Positions 41,377-54,741 of a stretch of DNA of 64,000 bases are shown one piece after another. The stretch's first letter is position 1; each line of letters starts with the position of its first letter. This DNA is from Sphaerodactylus townsendi (taxonomy: Eukaryota). The notes below the pieces were generated by a model, which saw only the letters and a list, made by a program, of their open reading frames with translations, did no database searches and was not told the origin of the DNA. The position numbers and the translations under genes are program-made. The DNA lies in assembly GCF_021028975.2 (NCBI RefSeq), contig NC_059425.1, forward strand, positions 28,458,001-28,522,000, written 5' to 3'.

Positions 41377-44114
41377 TCCTCCTTGTTCGCAACAGGAAGC
41401 ATGGAGTCCGCTCTAGCCTCCCTCGGGGACTACGCTGACCCCATTCCTGGGCTCACAGGCTGGAGTGACTCAGAAAGCTGGGCATGGAGCACTCCACTTG
41501 AACGTGTGCTCAGATGAGCTGGACTGAGCTGCTTGCCTGGAGGAAGGGGGGCAGGACCATGTTTGGATCAAGTCCTGGGCATGAACTTTGTTCCTTCTTG
41601 TCTTATACCCTGGAGGAGGATTCCCGCCTCCGCTCCGTTTTTTGACTGTTCAATTGAAACATTCCAGCCTTGACTGCTCTGAGCGGGCAAGTCCCGTTCC
41701 ATCCCACGGACAAAGCCTCGCAGCTGTAATTAAATAGGATGACGGAGCAAAATCTCTTCTCCCTGCTGTCCCTGATTGTCTGATGCCTCTTCCTTTCCTT
41801 TGGGGGCTTATGCAGGGCTCTATTTGAAGGGGGGGGGGGTGACTGTAGCAGGTCCTTTGCTATCACTAACAGCAGTGCTTCCTGCTGGGCTTGGAAGGGT
41901 GGAGCCCAGCTGCTGCTTAGTGCTCTAGCATTGCCAGTGTGGGTGGAAGGGTTGGGGTCGTGGCTTGGTGGTAGAGCACCTGCCTTGCATGCAGAAGTTT
42001 CCACGTTCAAGGCCCAGCAGCTCCACTTGAAAGAATTAAGCAGCAGGTGCGGTGACAACTTTCTACCTGATGGCTCAGTAGGGTAGACAATACTGACCTG
42101 TTCAGTTCAGTGGACTGTCTCAGTATCAGGTATTTCCCGTGTCCCAAGTAAATGTATAGGTGTGTGATTCGGTCCACAGTTGGATGTTCCTTGTATCATC
42201 AAGGTGCAGCTGTTACAACAGCCTTTGCCCATTGAACAGGGAATGCTAGGAATTCTCTGTGCCACTCCAAGCTACCTGCACCTGTTTGCATTAACACTTC
42301 TTCTGGGGCTAAGCAAGGTGAATGGAGAATGCCCCTGCTCCTATCACCAGTTCCTTATTCTTTCAATTGACACAGCTTCTGAACTGGGCCTCTCTTACCC
42401 CTTGAGGCAGCCACTAACTGGGAACTTGAGTTTAGGGGCTGCTTAGCCTTGGCCTCCCTGATCTTCCTACCGGTTAGTGCCACTGGGCCACCCCACTGCA
42501 GTATTTCTGCCGTCCTGCATGCTCTTCTCCCTCCCCTCCCCCTTTCATTGTGCAACAAGCACCCACAGCTAGCTTGTCTCCAAAACGGAAATTACCATTG
42601 GCCACAGAAGGTACCCGGTCTTTTTCTCCAGAGCACGGTGATCACCCAGGTGCATTCAGTGGCATTTTTCTCCAGAGCCGTGGCTAGCCTGGACTCAGGG
42701 GTGCAGCAGGTGACTTGTGATTCATCCTCCTCACAACCTCTGCTTAAAATATTGGGGCAGGGCCCAAGATGGCCCCCCATCAGGCCAGAAAGATGGCAAG
42801 GGGGATGCCCTGAGCTTTGGCCCAGGCTGACAGGTGCAGAAGGAAATCTGAACAGAGGTGGACCGTGGGCCAATATCCATGCTTTCTGCTCCCACTTCTG
42901 TGACCTTCTCTGCAGAGGGCTGCTCAAGGCCAGCGGTGAGATTATCTACTACGCCAATCTGTAGGCATTTTGTGTGAGCCATTACTGAAAAGGGAAACAG
43001 CACATCCCTGCTATCTTAAATTCTTAAATTCACAACTAGTGAAGGAAAGATAATGTGATCATATGTGAAAGTCTGAACAGCCAAGGGTAACATGCTACCC
43101 GTTTACTGTTGCCTCTCCTTGTGGCAGAAGCATAGAGCAGCTTAATATTCCAAGCACCTGAATTCCTTCTGTTCAAATTTAGTCTTCAAAGCTTTTTGGG
43201 TTTTGGTGCATAAAGTTGAATTTAGGGGCCTCTGACCTCATAGTGAAACTTCCTGTAAGAACACTTTGCTGTAAATGTGCCCCTCCCTAAGGAAAACAAC
43301 ATTGTCTTCACTGAGAGCAAGGAGTCAAGTTGTGCACCACCTTCCCCTTTAATAATCACACACACAGTCGCATTAACAGCTACCTTTAAGCAGCAGCTGG
43401 ACAAAACATTTGGCTTTAGGCTGATCCTGCACTGAGCAGGGAGTTGGACTAGATGGCTTGTATGGCCGCTGCCAACTCTATGATTCCAACTAGATTATGT
43501 GCAAATATGCAATAGGCCTCAGTGGTTTGGTGCCATCGGCTACCTGGAAGGAACCGGCTCTGACCCTTGACTGTGCAGGGATGAGATTCTGTTGAGGCTC
43601 TCTGTGGCCTCATGGGGAAATGTATTTTTTTTCCAGTGTACATGCTCTTTTCTTATAAACAATTTGTATTGCAGACATGGCACAAAGCCTTTTTTGGCTG
43701 AAGCCATTTGCTTTTGTGAAATGAAGGGGAAGGGAAGTTTAATTGGCAGGAGTAGCAGATTTCATACTGGTACGCAAGTGAAGTGCTCTCCAAGAGGGTT
43801 AAATAGCATTTCTCTTTGGTTCAGCGGAGCCCACAACTAGCTTCATTCCAAGAAGTGAAATGCTTACCCCTCTGTGACACTGGAAAACTAGCTTTGTCTT
43901 TGGCTCAGCATCCCACCATTTGCTCTCCAAATGAATCAATTCTCGGATCCTGGCAGAGGATGCTGATGAGAACACATTGGGATATCCCCTCAGGGCACAG
44001 CCTGTCATATGGGACACATCACATTAGGAGACAAAGATGAATTCGTAGCATGTTGGCACCTGGCTTGGCTTCCGGCTGGCCACCTCCCTAAAAGAGATGG
44101 TTAATGCAGACCCT

Positions 44115-47100
44115 TCACACGTGAGGGCTTGTAGGATCAGAGCCATAGATGGACAGAACAGGGTCATCTTCATGGGCATCATCTGATTGATCCAGCGGCT
44201 GAGCAGTCTGGCCCTGTTCATGCTCCTTGCCTCCCTCAGCTGCTGTGGCAGCCTGCAGTTCCTCTTGATGTTCAAAGACGGCGCCCACAAACTGGGCAAA
44301 GACACGGTCCATGTAACTCTTGTGGCGTGGGAAGAGGCCCTCCAGGAAGCCTATGTGGCCCCCATGGGATGTTACCAGGAAGGCCAACGTGGGCACATCC
44401 TGAGCTGCATCCAGAGGAATAGCTGCAACAGCAAAAGCCAAGTCAGAGCTGCTTTCTCCAGAGCAGGGGTTTCCAACTCTGGCATCCCTGATGTTCATGG
44501 ACTACAATTCCCATCAGCCCCTGGGACTGGGGCACCAGAGTTGGACACAACTGCTCCAGAGAGTTCAGCCTGGAAGAGCAGGAATGGGTTGGAGGGGGGG
44601 AGGTGGTATAAAACTCACCATGCTGAGGGGAGAAAGGGTCATCAGAGGCATTAAGGCACAACACAGGCACGTGGAAGCGCTGCACTTTGTGACATGGGCT
44701 AGCTGCTTGGTAGTACTCCTCGCATGAATTGTACCCAAAGGCCACGGCTGTGTAGCGCTCATCGAACTCCCGAATGCTGCGAGCCTAGTTGGCAGGAGGG
44801 GTGGGGAAGGAAAAGAATGAGGGCACACCAAGCCTCTAGGCACTGCAAGGCCAGGGCAAGGGAAGGCAGACAAAAAGATGCTGGGATTGGGGGAAATAGT
44901 ACCTTCAGCACATGATCCACATCCAGTATCTCGGCAACGACCTTCCTGTGCCTGGAATATGATGCAGAGTCAGTGGGGGGACCAAAAGGTAATGAGAAGG
45001 GGAGGGAAGACCTTTCTTGGGGTCTCACCACAACAGAAGGAGAAGGATCCCATTTGCTCTGGGGGTGGTCACCTATACCTTGTTCAGGATAAAGGTGACA
45101 AGAGATTTGTGAATTCATCTGCTATTTTCTGGGCCGTCTTTGTCCTAGAATGCTCTGCTTGGGTCCTAGTGCCTACCTAGTGCTGTCCCCAAGGTACTAG
45201 GACCTAAGCAGAGCATTCCAGAACAAAGACGATCTAGAAAATAGTGGATGAATTCATAAACCTAGCTTTATCCTGAACAGGGTCTTGAGGTCCTCCTTAC
45301 TCTGAAGATCCACACATCCTCTCCCTCCCTCCCTTTCATTCTGTCCTCAACCATGTGAGTCCAGTACTTCCGTTTCTTGTGCCTCCCCTCCAAAACACAC
45401 ACCGTTGGATTAGGTTCCGCAAGTTGGCCGTGAGCCGCTGGTTGAAAAGCACCAGGTTGAGGGGGGTCTCGAGTGAGTGGGTGGTCTCAAAGGAATCCCA
45501 GCTAGCAGAGAAGGTCATGGCAGCCACCAGCCCAGCCTCGCGGCCTTTTCGCCCCAGGTAGTTGAGCACCAAAATCCTGCCAGGGAGGAGGTAAACAATC
45601 TGTGGGAGGCAAAGGTTATAGAGTCGCCCTCCCCCACTATAGTCCTGAGGACAGCTATACCCTTTCCACCAAAACATCTCAAGATATTTGTGAATTTAAC
45701 CGCCACCTCTTCCTGGACCTTTTTAGGGAATGCTCCACAGTGGTCCTGGTGCCTACCTAGTTCCGTTCCCCCCACACTTTTGAATATTTACGAGCATTAA
45801 AGAATCATTTTTGAATGCAGCCTTGGTCAAAAACAGAATTCTGTGCACTATTAAACATGGTAATTTGATAAAATGGCATTTATAGTGCATTGAACAACTA
45901 TCAGCAAAACTGGTCTTTTTCTATAATTGCGCCCCCCCCCCCCATTTTCTGCCCAGTTCAGGAGCCTCCATGCTGCTGCGGCCATCATCCAATGGCCATT
46001 TCACTCTAAAAAAGTTGGTGGATAAGGTTTGTGTTCCTTGCCAACATGTGTTTTTTTTATTTTCTTTCTTTTTTGTTTTAAATGAACAATCTTCGAAGCT
46101 TAGCAGAATGCATATTAGAGTAGCAACCACTCAGAGGGCTGGTCTACCTCCCGTTAAGAAGCATTGAACCGAGCAGAAAATGGCACGTGCAATTACAGAA
46201 AAAAAGCATGTCTTGCTGATAGTAGTCCAATGCACTTTAAATGATATTTTATCTGATCATCATGTTTAACAGTGCACAGAATTATGGTTTTGACGAAGGC
46301 TGTGTTTAAAAAAATATTCTTTAATGCTCATAAACAATAGGGACTATTTTGAATAGTGAAAATACGCTTCTTTCACTTCCGCCAAACCATGAACTTAGAC
46401 CTTTCAGTGGAAAAGAGTATAGCCATCAGGCAGTCCTGGATTAACCATTAAATACAATAAATACGTGCTTAGGACACCAAGGGGAAAGGGGGTATCAGTT
46501 TTTGCCAAAATCTGCAATTTCTCCCTGCTGATATTGGGAATGCTTTCACCACACGAAGCATTAAGCAGGCTAGGAGATACCAGCTGGTTCAGTGAGGAGT
46601 ACTTGTCTTGTGACAGCAAGTTTCTGAGTCACTCAGGACTATTAGTCTTGCACACAAATAAGCTGCATGTGCTTGGTTAGCAACATCACTACTATTAGGG
46701 AGATACAGCATGCTTGTTTACATGCATGCTGGTTTACATCAAAGTCTGAGGGGAAGGGATACAATATTGAAAAGGAAGTGACTAATTATGTGCACAGTTG
46801 AATACTTGTTTTTCTAAAGCTCATAAAGCTATGAGCTGGATGGCCCAGGCTAGCCCATTCTGGTCAGATCAGGGAAGATATGCAGAGTTAGCCCTGGTTA
46901 ATTTTTGGATGGGAGAGCACCAAGGAAGTCTAGAGCCCCTGTGCAAAAAAGGCAGGCAATGGCAAACCCCCTCTGAATGTATTTTGCCTTGAAAACTCCA
47001 TCAGGGGTCACCATAAATCAGATATAACTAGACAGCAGGAAAAAAACCCCACAGTTTTTGCAGGATACTCTGAACACAGAGGGGTACTGTCAGCTTTATC

Positions 47101-50100
47101 TGGTGTGGGTGGAGACAATTGGGATCTTTAACTATAACTAGCAAAAATCACTGAAGATGTGGGCCTTCTTATAACTCAGGAAAAGCTGAAATCACAGCCC
47201 AGAAGCATTTGTACATTTCATTTGGATGGCTCTGCTGATTTTAAGGACCTGTTAAAAGAACCTCTGTGGTGTGTCTTCTCCGTTCTTTGAACTAAATCAC
47301 ATTTTTCCTAGTTGTATTATGTTGTTGTTCATTAAATGTTGTGCGATTATTCGGGGGTAACTTACTTTTTTTCATTATTTGGCTCATGTATGAAACTGAT
47401 GACCAGCCAATTTGGACCAGTAGGCATGAGTCACATTGAAACCTCATACTGGTTCTGTCTGCTGTGGCTGCTACTCATTTGACAAGGCCTGAATATTTGG
47501 TTTTGCTCTTATTTCTGATTACCCACCAGAAAAAGAACCTCATGAGGTGTAGAAGCTCATTGACTAGGATTTTAGCTGCCCCCTAAAAAGGTGACGGGGC
47601 AGCTTGTTTGCTCCCAAGGGACTTTTTCCTTTTTGTGGATAGAAAAGCTCCAGGACTTATCAACGTGATTAGAAAAAACAGAAACACGTTGCTATAGTGC
47701 GTCCTAAACAGAGTTACACCCATCTAAGTGCATTGAAGTCAATGGGCGTAGAAGGGTATAAATCTGCTTAGAATCACATTGTCAGTAGCAGGGTTTCTTT
47801 TTCTAAAAATTCTCTTTCTGGTTGCTCCTAAAAATGGACTTTTCCTTCTACATTCCAAGCCCACCTAATATAATAAAGGAAAAGAATGACTGGCAGCCCT
47901 TAGAGGGGGGTGGGGTGGGGTGGAATAACACAGCAGACTAAAATGAGTGGGACTGACAGCTGTGTAAGAGAGTGGGGAGCCAGTGGTTTAGAAAAACATT
48001 CACTTCTTTAAAAATGGGATTGCGTCTGTCAAGATTAAAAAGTGCCCAAGGGCAACATACCACAAAAACAAGGATGACAAAACAATGGGGAAGTCATCAA
48101 CTCGATCACACCCTGCAAGCAGGCCCTGACAGAGCAAGAACTAGCTGGGGTGGGGCTGTTTAGTGGTGTTTCCCTACAAACAAATGACGCATGTGGCCCA
48201 AGCAAGATTTATGGATTTTGTAGCTTTGAGGAAGCTCCTGATTGGGCCAGGAAATACCCAAGCAGGTTGACCAATCTGAAAGGTGAATAGGAGTATAGAC
48301 TAGGGCCTCTTTTTGGTCAAGATGTCAATGGCAAAGTATCTGTTTGGCATGTAATCAGGTCGCAGGTTCTGTCCCCAGCATCTCTGATAAAACGCCAATG
48401 CCTGAAAATAGCCATCAAAGTGGATATTACTGACCTTGGTGTACCAGTGGTCTGAGGCAACATAAGGCAGATTCAAATGTTCATCTGTGTTCCTTTGACA
48501 ATTATATCTTCCTCCACAAACTGTCGCCCAAGCTGAAACTCACCCGCCCAATGAAACGCCAACTGCCATCAGCGGTGCGCAAGGAAACTGGCTCTTGATG
48601 TGAGCCACTACCAGCTCCAAGTCTTCAGTGTTATTGGCAGAGAAAGCCTTGTAGGTCTGAGAGAGAGAAGCAGGCCTAGTGAAAACCTAGTGACAGTACT
48701 GGGAAACTTCAGCCCAGTGGCAGAGAAGTTACCTTTTCTGCAGAGAAAACCAACCTGCCCAGTCTGGAATGGGCATGATAAGCATTTTCAAACCCAGAAA
48801 TGCCAAAGAATCTATCACCAAAAACACCCAGCATGCCCAGTATCACACAAGCAAAGTGTGGGCAAAAGGGGAACGCAAGAACAGGGTTTAGAAGCACTCA
48901 CCAGCAATTCTTCTCCTTTGCAACCTCTGTTATTGAACACAACTGCTCTGGAAGAGAAAGAGAAGATGAGCCAATTGACGGAGCATCTCCCTCTACCTTG
49001 GTACTGCCCTACCCAAGAGGCCTTCAGCACTCACTATCCCTGGCTCATGCCAACGTTTGCCCCTCAGACAATATTTAGTCTTTTAAATGTAGTCATTTGA
49101 ACTAAGGTGGCAATGAAGCTCTTCCTCACCTTTTAAAATATTTTACCTCACATTGGTGACTCAGGGTGACTCAAAGCTAGACATTACATTTCTGTGAACC
49201 TTTTGATTTTAAAATGCCCCTCAAAATCTATGCAGAGATGATTCACCATTTAATACCTAAAAGGCCTGCCTGAATAAAGTGACCTTCTGTTGCCTGCAGA
49301 AGTAGGCCAAGTACGAGCCTTCTGTATTTTCTCCAGTTAACCATTTTAGAAAACTAGAGCTTCTGTTATCAAGAAGCAAGCCTGGATGGTAGTCAGATGA
49401 ATAGCTCCAACTGAAGCAGAATCTGAGGGAACCTGATGTGGGTCCTTAGGTTCCTGTCAGATGAGGCGATCCTTCAAGCAGACAGGTCCCAGCTCTTGTA
49501 GATACGAGAGGATTATTTAAAATTTGCACACCCCAAGGGGAAGGTACTCCACACATAGTTCTTTGTCCCTGCTCTACAGTTATCAAGCTTGGCACAGATT
49601 ACCTAGTGAAGCTTTCTCACCTGTAGCCCTGCTGTTGGGCAGTGCGCACCATGTGCAGAATGTAGGTTTCCTCGCTGTTTCCCGTCAGGCCTGGCAGGAA
49701 TAAGACAATGGGGCACCTCTCTGGGTCAGAGCAACTTGAACTCTTCTCTTCATCATTGGCCCAGTCCAGCAAGAGTTGCCCTCCATCTGCAGTTTGTAGC
49801 ACCTCACTGAATGGAAAATGGAGGAACAAGGACATAGGGTAGATGGACTAGAAAACAGGACATTATAGCACAGAGGCCGGGCAGGGATCAACAGTATGCA
49901 AGGGGATCAAAACCAGGTGCTCACCTGCCTAAACAGATGCCAACAGCTGCTAATGAAGTCTAAGGAAGAATAACTGCCCCCTGAGCCATTCCCAGTCTTC
50001 CCCTCCAGTACTACCTGCGGTAGGAGATAGGCGGGCGGGATTTGAGGAAGACCCGGACAATGGTCTGTAGCCGGCCCTCGAAGCACCATGGTGTAGGGTA

Positions 50101-53100
50101 GAATGTCTCATTCACAATGGGACAATATTTCTCCAGGAAGGAGCGGAACGGCTGAGAAGCCACCAGCAGGGGGCGCTGTAAGAGAAAAACAGCCAAAGTG
50201 GTTTCAGTTTCAGATGACCCACCAATACCCCCAGGACTTTTGGGAGGAAATGATAAAATAGGAGATTTGTAATCGTCACTTGCTGAGGTAACAGTTGTCC
50301 TGAGGCAACCAGGAAAGAAACTGAGTTCTTTTTTTTAACTTCAGGCTGTCTATGTGTTGCAAATGGCTACGTTGTATCCATGGGCAAGCAGGCTAGTGGT
50401 TTTGAGGGACAAGATGCAACAGACCTCTGCTTCTGTTGTTATGTCCAGCACCCCACAGCCAATCAATCAATTAGCAGTTGAGATAACTTATTTTCAAGAT
50501 TTAGACTCCTTTGTATTGTTGAAGGTTTTCAGAGCTGGAGGTCTGGCAGTTAGCACGAAACGTCCCCCCGCATCTGTGGCTGGCATCTTCAGAGGCAAGT
50601 CAACGTAAGATGTGTTTCTCTCCATGGCACAGTGTGGAGTGATTTGTGTGTAGGTGGATATTTATTTTGCCCACCTGTCTGGTGGGAGGGTTTTTTGTTA
50701 ATTTTCAGAATCTCTTCCTTTTTGTTGAAACCATTGAAATCCACAAACATGGAGACAGTTTCAGCAAAAAGAGAGTCTGAAATTCAACAAAACCTAGCTA
50801 CTGGTACTAAAAAATAACAAGACCAAAAACCAGGGGATCTTTCAAACACTATTCAGCAATCCACCAGATACTACAAACTCCTTCCATTCCCCTCCCACCA
50901 CCGCACTCTGGTTTCTGAGATGAGTGATATACATTCAAATTACCAGGACACATGCAAATACATGCAATAAATGAACTCCATCTGATGCGCCTCACCCTCT
51001 CCCATTTCAGAGGAGGACAAAATAGATACCCAACAATACAAATCACTCCACACTGTGCCATGGAAAGAAATACAACTTGCTGTGGCATGCCTCTGTGACA
51101 CGCAAGAAATGTCATTCCACATGTGCAGGGTAAAACATTAGGCATTAAAAGCACAAGACCACAGTCACACAGCTCAGAAAAACCACAACAGCCATTTAGA
51201 GTTTTAGACCTCCAGTTCAGAAACTCAAAGACCAAGTCAATGCAACCAGTCCTCAAGAATTGTGTATCTGGCAAGGTGGGTTTGAGTACAGGAAAGTTCT
51301 CCTCCATTTTAACTTCACAATAACCATTTGAGGTACGTGATGCTGAGAGGGGTGGTGGCAGTGGTGACTAGCCTAAAGTCATCCAGCAAGCTTTATGCCT
51401 GAGGAGGGATTTGAGCCTGCGTTTCCCCAGGTGAACAATGATATATGAGATGGGTTTCTCACTTGATCTGTTCAGGTACCAGGGTGGCCAACCTGTGGTG
51501 CTCCAGATGTTCAGGGGCTGATGGGAATTGTAGTCCATGAACATCTGGAGCACCACAGGTTGGCCACCTCTGATTACACAGATCTCAAATTCATGGAACC
51601 CAGCCTGTAATTAAGTTCCAGTCAAGAACTGAGGCAAATTCCCAGGATAACACAGGAACTGCCCATGGTGTACAATTCTCCTTATCCTCCTTCAGGTGAT
51701 GGCTCCCATGCAGGCATCTTTGCTTTGATGAACAATAGAAGTATCTGTGAAGTGGATCAGCTGCCCTTAGACAGAAGCACTTCCCGACCAACCCACAATC
51801 ATTCCCAACCCCAGAGTAACAGGGTTTACACTGGCTTTGTGGTGGTTTTTTTTCTCCCTACCGGCAAGTGTCTAGTCACAAGGAGGCAAGCTGATTCTCC
51901 TTGGAAACTGGAGACTTTCTCCACTTGGGCAAAGCGTCCAGCTGCGGGACAAAAATCAGCAAGAGAGCCTCAGGCACCATTACCACAGAAGGAGCAGCGT
52001 ATGCTAGAGGGGTCCAGATGACAACCTCTGCATGGAAATCCATTCGCATGCAGTCTCCTGCTGGCCCACAAGCAAGAGGAAAGAGACAAGAGAAACAAAC
52101 AGGAGAAGCCGGTGATGGGAGGTGAGAAACCGGGTGTCCGTTTCCATACTTAATAATAACTACTATCAGATTCCCAGCTAGCGCTTCAAGACCTACACTC
52201 TGAGGCAGGAATAAGCCTTAAACATGTGACTTCATAATCAAGGAAAGAATGTCTCCAAGTATTGTCGAAGGCTTTCACAGCCGGATTCAACTGGTTGTTG
52301 TGGGTTTTCCGGGCTGTGTGGCTGTGGTCTGGTAGATCTTGTATCTAACATTTATCCTGCATCTGTGGCCGGCATCTTCAGAGGTGTATCACAGGGAGAA
52401 GACCATGGTCACACAGCCAGACCACAGCCACACAGCCCGGAAAACCCACAACAACCAGTCTCCAAGTATGTTCACAGCATCTTTTTCCTTTCACAAGAAA
52501 AAACTTCCGTCTGGGATATCAAGGCAGAACTTCAAACTTTCTGGAAAGCCCCACCACTTTTTTTTTTTAAATCAACCACTAGGAATCCCATAGGCAGGCA
52601 TAGGGGAAGGGCGGGGGCATAAGCAGTCTGCTGTGCCAACGGGGGGGGGGGAGGGGTAGTTGGGAAACCCCCAACAACCGTGCCAACCTGCAGGCCTAGC
52701 GTTAATATCATCCCCCCTAAACACACACAAGGAAGTGAGTTCAGAGCGAAGACATAGCAGGGTTGTTTCTTTAAAGGAGAAGACCCCCGCAACCTCCCTT
52801 TTGCATAAAGCCGCGCTCCCCGAATAAGCAAGCTGGGATGGTTGGGGTTTCTCATGGAAAGCGGGAAGGCACTCTGCACATGTTCAGTCGGCACAAAAGG
52901 ACGAATGAAGCGCAGGAAGCAGAAACAGGGGACCAAAGCTGAGCCACACTCGTTTTCCAGAGGTGCGAACAGCTGGCCGGGCAGAATAGCCCTTCCCGCC
53001 CGTCCTTCTACCCCCGGTTCCCGTAGAGGGAGACCACGCTCGCTTCCTCCCGCCTGTCCGACCCGCCGAAGCCGCTCGAGGAGGCGGCGCTGACCTTGGG

Positions 53101-53166
53101 GACGCGAGCCCAGTAATAGCCGAGCAAACCGGTGCTGAAGCCCACCAGCAGCGACAATCCCAGCAT
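44115..53166 (-). CDS. ABHD1: Abhydrolase domain-containing protein 1 (alpha/beta hydrolase); 9 exons, ~424 aa
   Basis: Exons 53166-53095, 50175-50015, 49806-49621, 48947-48902, 48656-48544, 45576-45403, 44951-44903, 44784-44619, 44422-44115 (1275 nt). N-terminal TM (LLGYYWA), DGGQLLLDW, and intact catalytic-triad motifs GVSLGG / DDPF / GGHIGF. Tail-to-tail with PREB as in mammals, which favours ABHD1 over ABHD3. Confidence 0.95.
44464..44553. mobile_element. Internally deleted hAT MITE of the same family, in the last ABHD1 intron
   Basis: TSD CTCCAGAG and the shared gatgttcatggactacaattcccatcag core. Confidence 0.8.
45081..45280. repeat. ~200-bp near-palindrome (MITE-like hairpin) in an ABHD1 intron
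   Basis: ~90-bp arms differing mainly by transitions, ~20-nt loop. Confidence 0.8.
45787..46335. repeat. ~125-bp inverted repeats with ~290-bp spacer (decayed MITE)
   Basis: 45787-45910 reverse-complements ~46210-46335. Confidence 0.7.
51480..51572. mobile_element. hAT MITE, same family
   Basis: TIRs and the shared gatgggaattgtagtccatgaacatctgg core. Confidence 0.75.
52258..52460. mobile_element. Penelope-like fragment with inverted segments
   Basis: actggttgttgtgggttttccgggctgtgtggctgtggtctgg is mirrored by ccagaccacagccacacagcccggaaaacccacaacaaccagt. Confidence 0.7.
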
Positions 53167-53460
53167 CTTCTCCCGTCCCAAGCAGCGCGGCTTGTCGCCA
53201 GCACTAATCCTTATCCCTTTCGGGCGACGGCCCCTACCAGGAAGCTGCAAGCACCGCCCACCTCCTCAGCTGGGCTGCCCACTTTGAGATGGGCTGAAGC
53301 CAATCCCCGCCCACTGGCGGCCATCTTTGTGACGGGCACAATGCATTCAAGCCGGAGGGGGGCAGAAGCAAAGGGAAAGAGTATTGTCCTCTGACTCGCG
53401 TCTGTTGCAGCCAAAGTAACCACAACACCGACAACAGGAGTCTTGTGACTCCTTAGAGAC
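52780..53460 (-). promoter_or_regulatory. CpG-island promoter and first exon of ABHD1
   Basis: CpG-rich segment around exon 1, with a CCAAT box and GC box (~53299-53312) and a YY1-like AAGATGGCCGCC on the minus strand (~53327-53316). Confidence 0.8.
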
Positions 53461-53606
53461 GGAAGTTGCAACTCTTAAGGTCACTTTCCTGGAAATGAGC
53501 TCTCTTAAGTAAAGTGGGACTTATTTCTGAGCAGACCTGCTACAAATTTCTCCCAAAGAGATGTTTGTATTATTGATCAAGATTCGAGTTCAGTAACACC
53601 TTAAAG

Positions 53607-53731
53607 CAGAGGTGTCCAACTCTGGCCCTCCAGATGTTGATGGACTAGTGTTCCCATCAGTCCCTGCCACCATTGCCAATTGGAAATCATACTCCATGAG
53701 CATCTGAAGGGCCAGAGCTGGCCACCCCTTA
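53607..53731. mobile_element. hAT MITE, same family (diverged)
   Basis: cagaggtgtccaactctggcc...ggccagagctggccacccct. Confidence 0.7.
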
Positions 53732-53935
53732 CTTAATGATCTTCAAGATGTCCAGGGTATCTGGTAAGATACCAGAAACTTATACCCTGGAAAGTTTACT
53801 GGTTGGTTTTTAAGGTGCTGCTGTGCTCGAACCTTGGCCATATACCACAGACCCACCTGAAACCTTGAGGATCCCCTCATAGTGTTACTGCTGCTGCTCG
53901 GGTAACATTAAGTGATTTCAGTTCAGGCAACGTAG

Positions 53936-54319
53936 TGAGGCGCAGGAAGCTGATGCTCTTCGAAAACAGAATATCTTTATTCGAAAGTGATTGCCACAGC
54001 TCAGGCAGGGGACCGTGCGGCTGTAGCTGAATGCAGGACCTTTTATACACAAACATCAAAGGAGGGCAAGGGGGCAGGTAAGGGGGCAGGCCCCTTACCT
54101 TGCAACAATAAAGAAACATCAAAGGTACAGTTACAACTTTGTGAATGGAACCATGAGATCTCGCTGTCAAGCATCTTCCCACGAGACTTTACAAGAGCGC
54201 AGGAACAGGGAGCGGAGAGTGTCCATTCATAAAACTGGGTGAGGCTGTTAATGCACCCAGGTATCCGGTTATCAGATGGGCTGCTTCCTTGAGTTATGTC
54301 CTGAGGCTCCTGCGCCTCA
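53936..54319 (-). mobile_element. Solo LTR (384 bp)
   Basis: TG...CA ends with a 12-bp inverted repeat TGAGGCGCAGGA/TCCTGCGCCTCA. The minus strand has TATAAAA (54047-54041) then AATAAA (53981-53976), in U3-R-U5 order. No clean TSD (GTAG vs GTCC). Confidence 0.75.
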
Positions 54320-54509
54320 GTCCTGCAACAAAAGAAAGTTCAAATGGTCCAATGGTGGTCTTGGCATGTTCTTCAATGACTGGGACATCTGGGGTGCCGT
54401 CATCAGATTCAATTTGTAATTCCAAACGGGTTTTTGTTTTTGCTGAAGAGATTTACCGGGTGTTGGTCCAAACTGAATTCCAGGACTAACTTCCTTGGGT
54501 GCTGTAATA

Positions 54510-54741
54510 CCGTGTTTCCCCGAAAATAAGACAGTGTCTTATATTAATTTTTGCTCCCAAAGATGCGCTATGTCTTATTTTCAGGGGATGTCTTATTTTT
54601 CTGTGTTCTGTTCGTCGGGCATGCTTCCAAATAAAAACTTTGCTACGTCTTACTTTTGGGGGATGCCTTATATTTCGCACTTCAGCAAAACCTCTACTAT
54701 GTCTTATTTTCCGGGGATGTCTTATATTCGGGGAAACAGGG
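54510..54741. mobile_element. Tc1/mariner (Tc2-like) MITE
   Basis: TA TSD on both sides, TIRs CCGTGTTTCCCCGAAAATAAGAC / GTCTTATATTCGGGGAAACAGGG, and repeated internal TGTCTTATT motifs. Confidence 0.85.

Noticed and set aside
53211-53324. 37-aa ORF (MAASGRGL...) as an ABHD1 N-terminal extension
   Set aside because: Out of frame with ABHD1 and ends in a stop; its ATG is part of a YY1-like motif and may lie upstream of the TSS.
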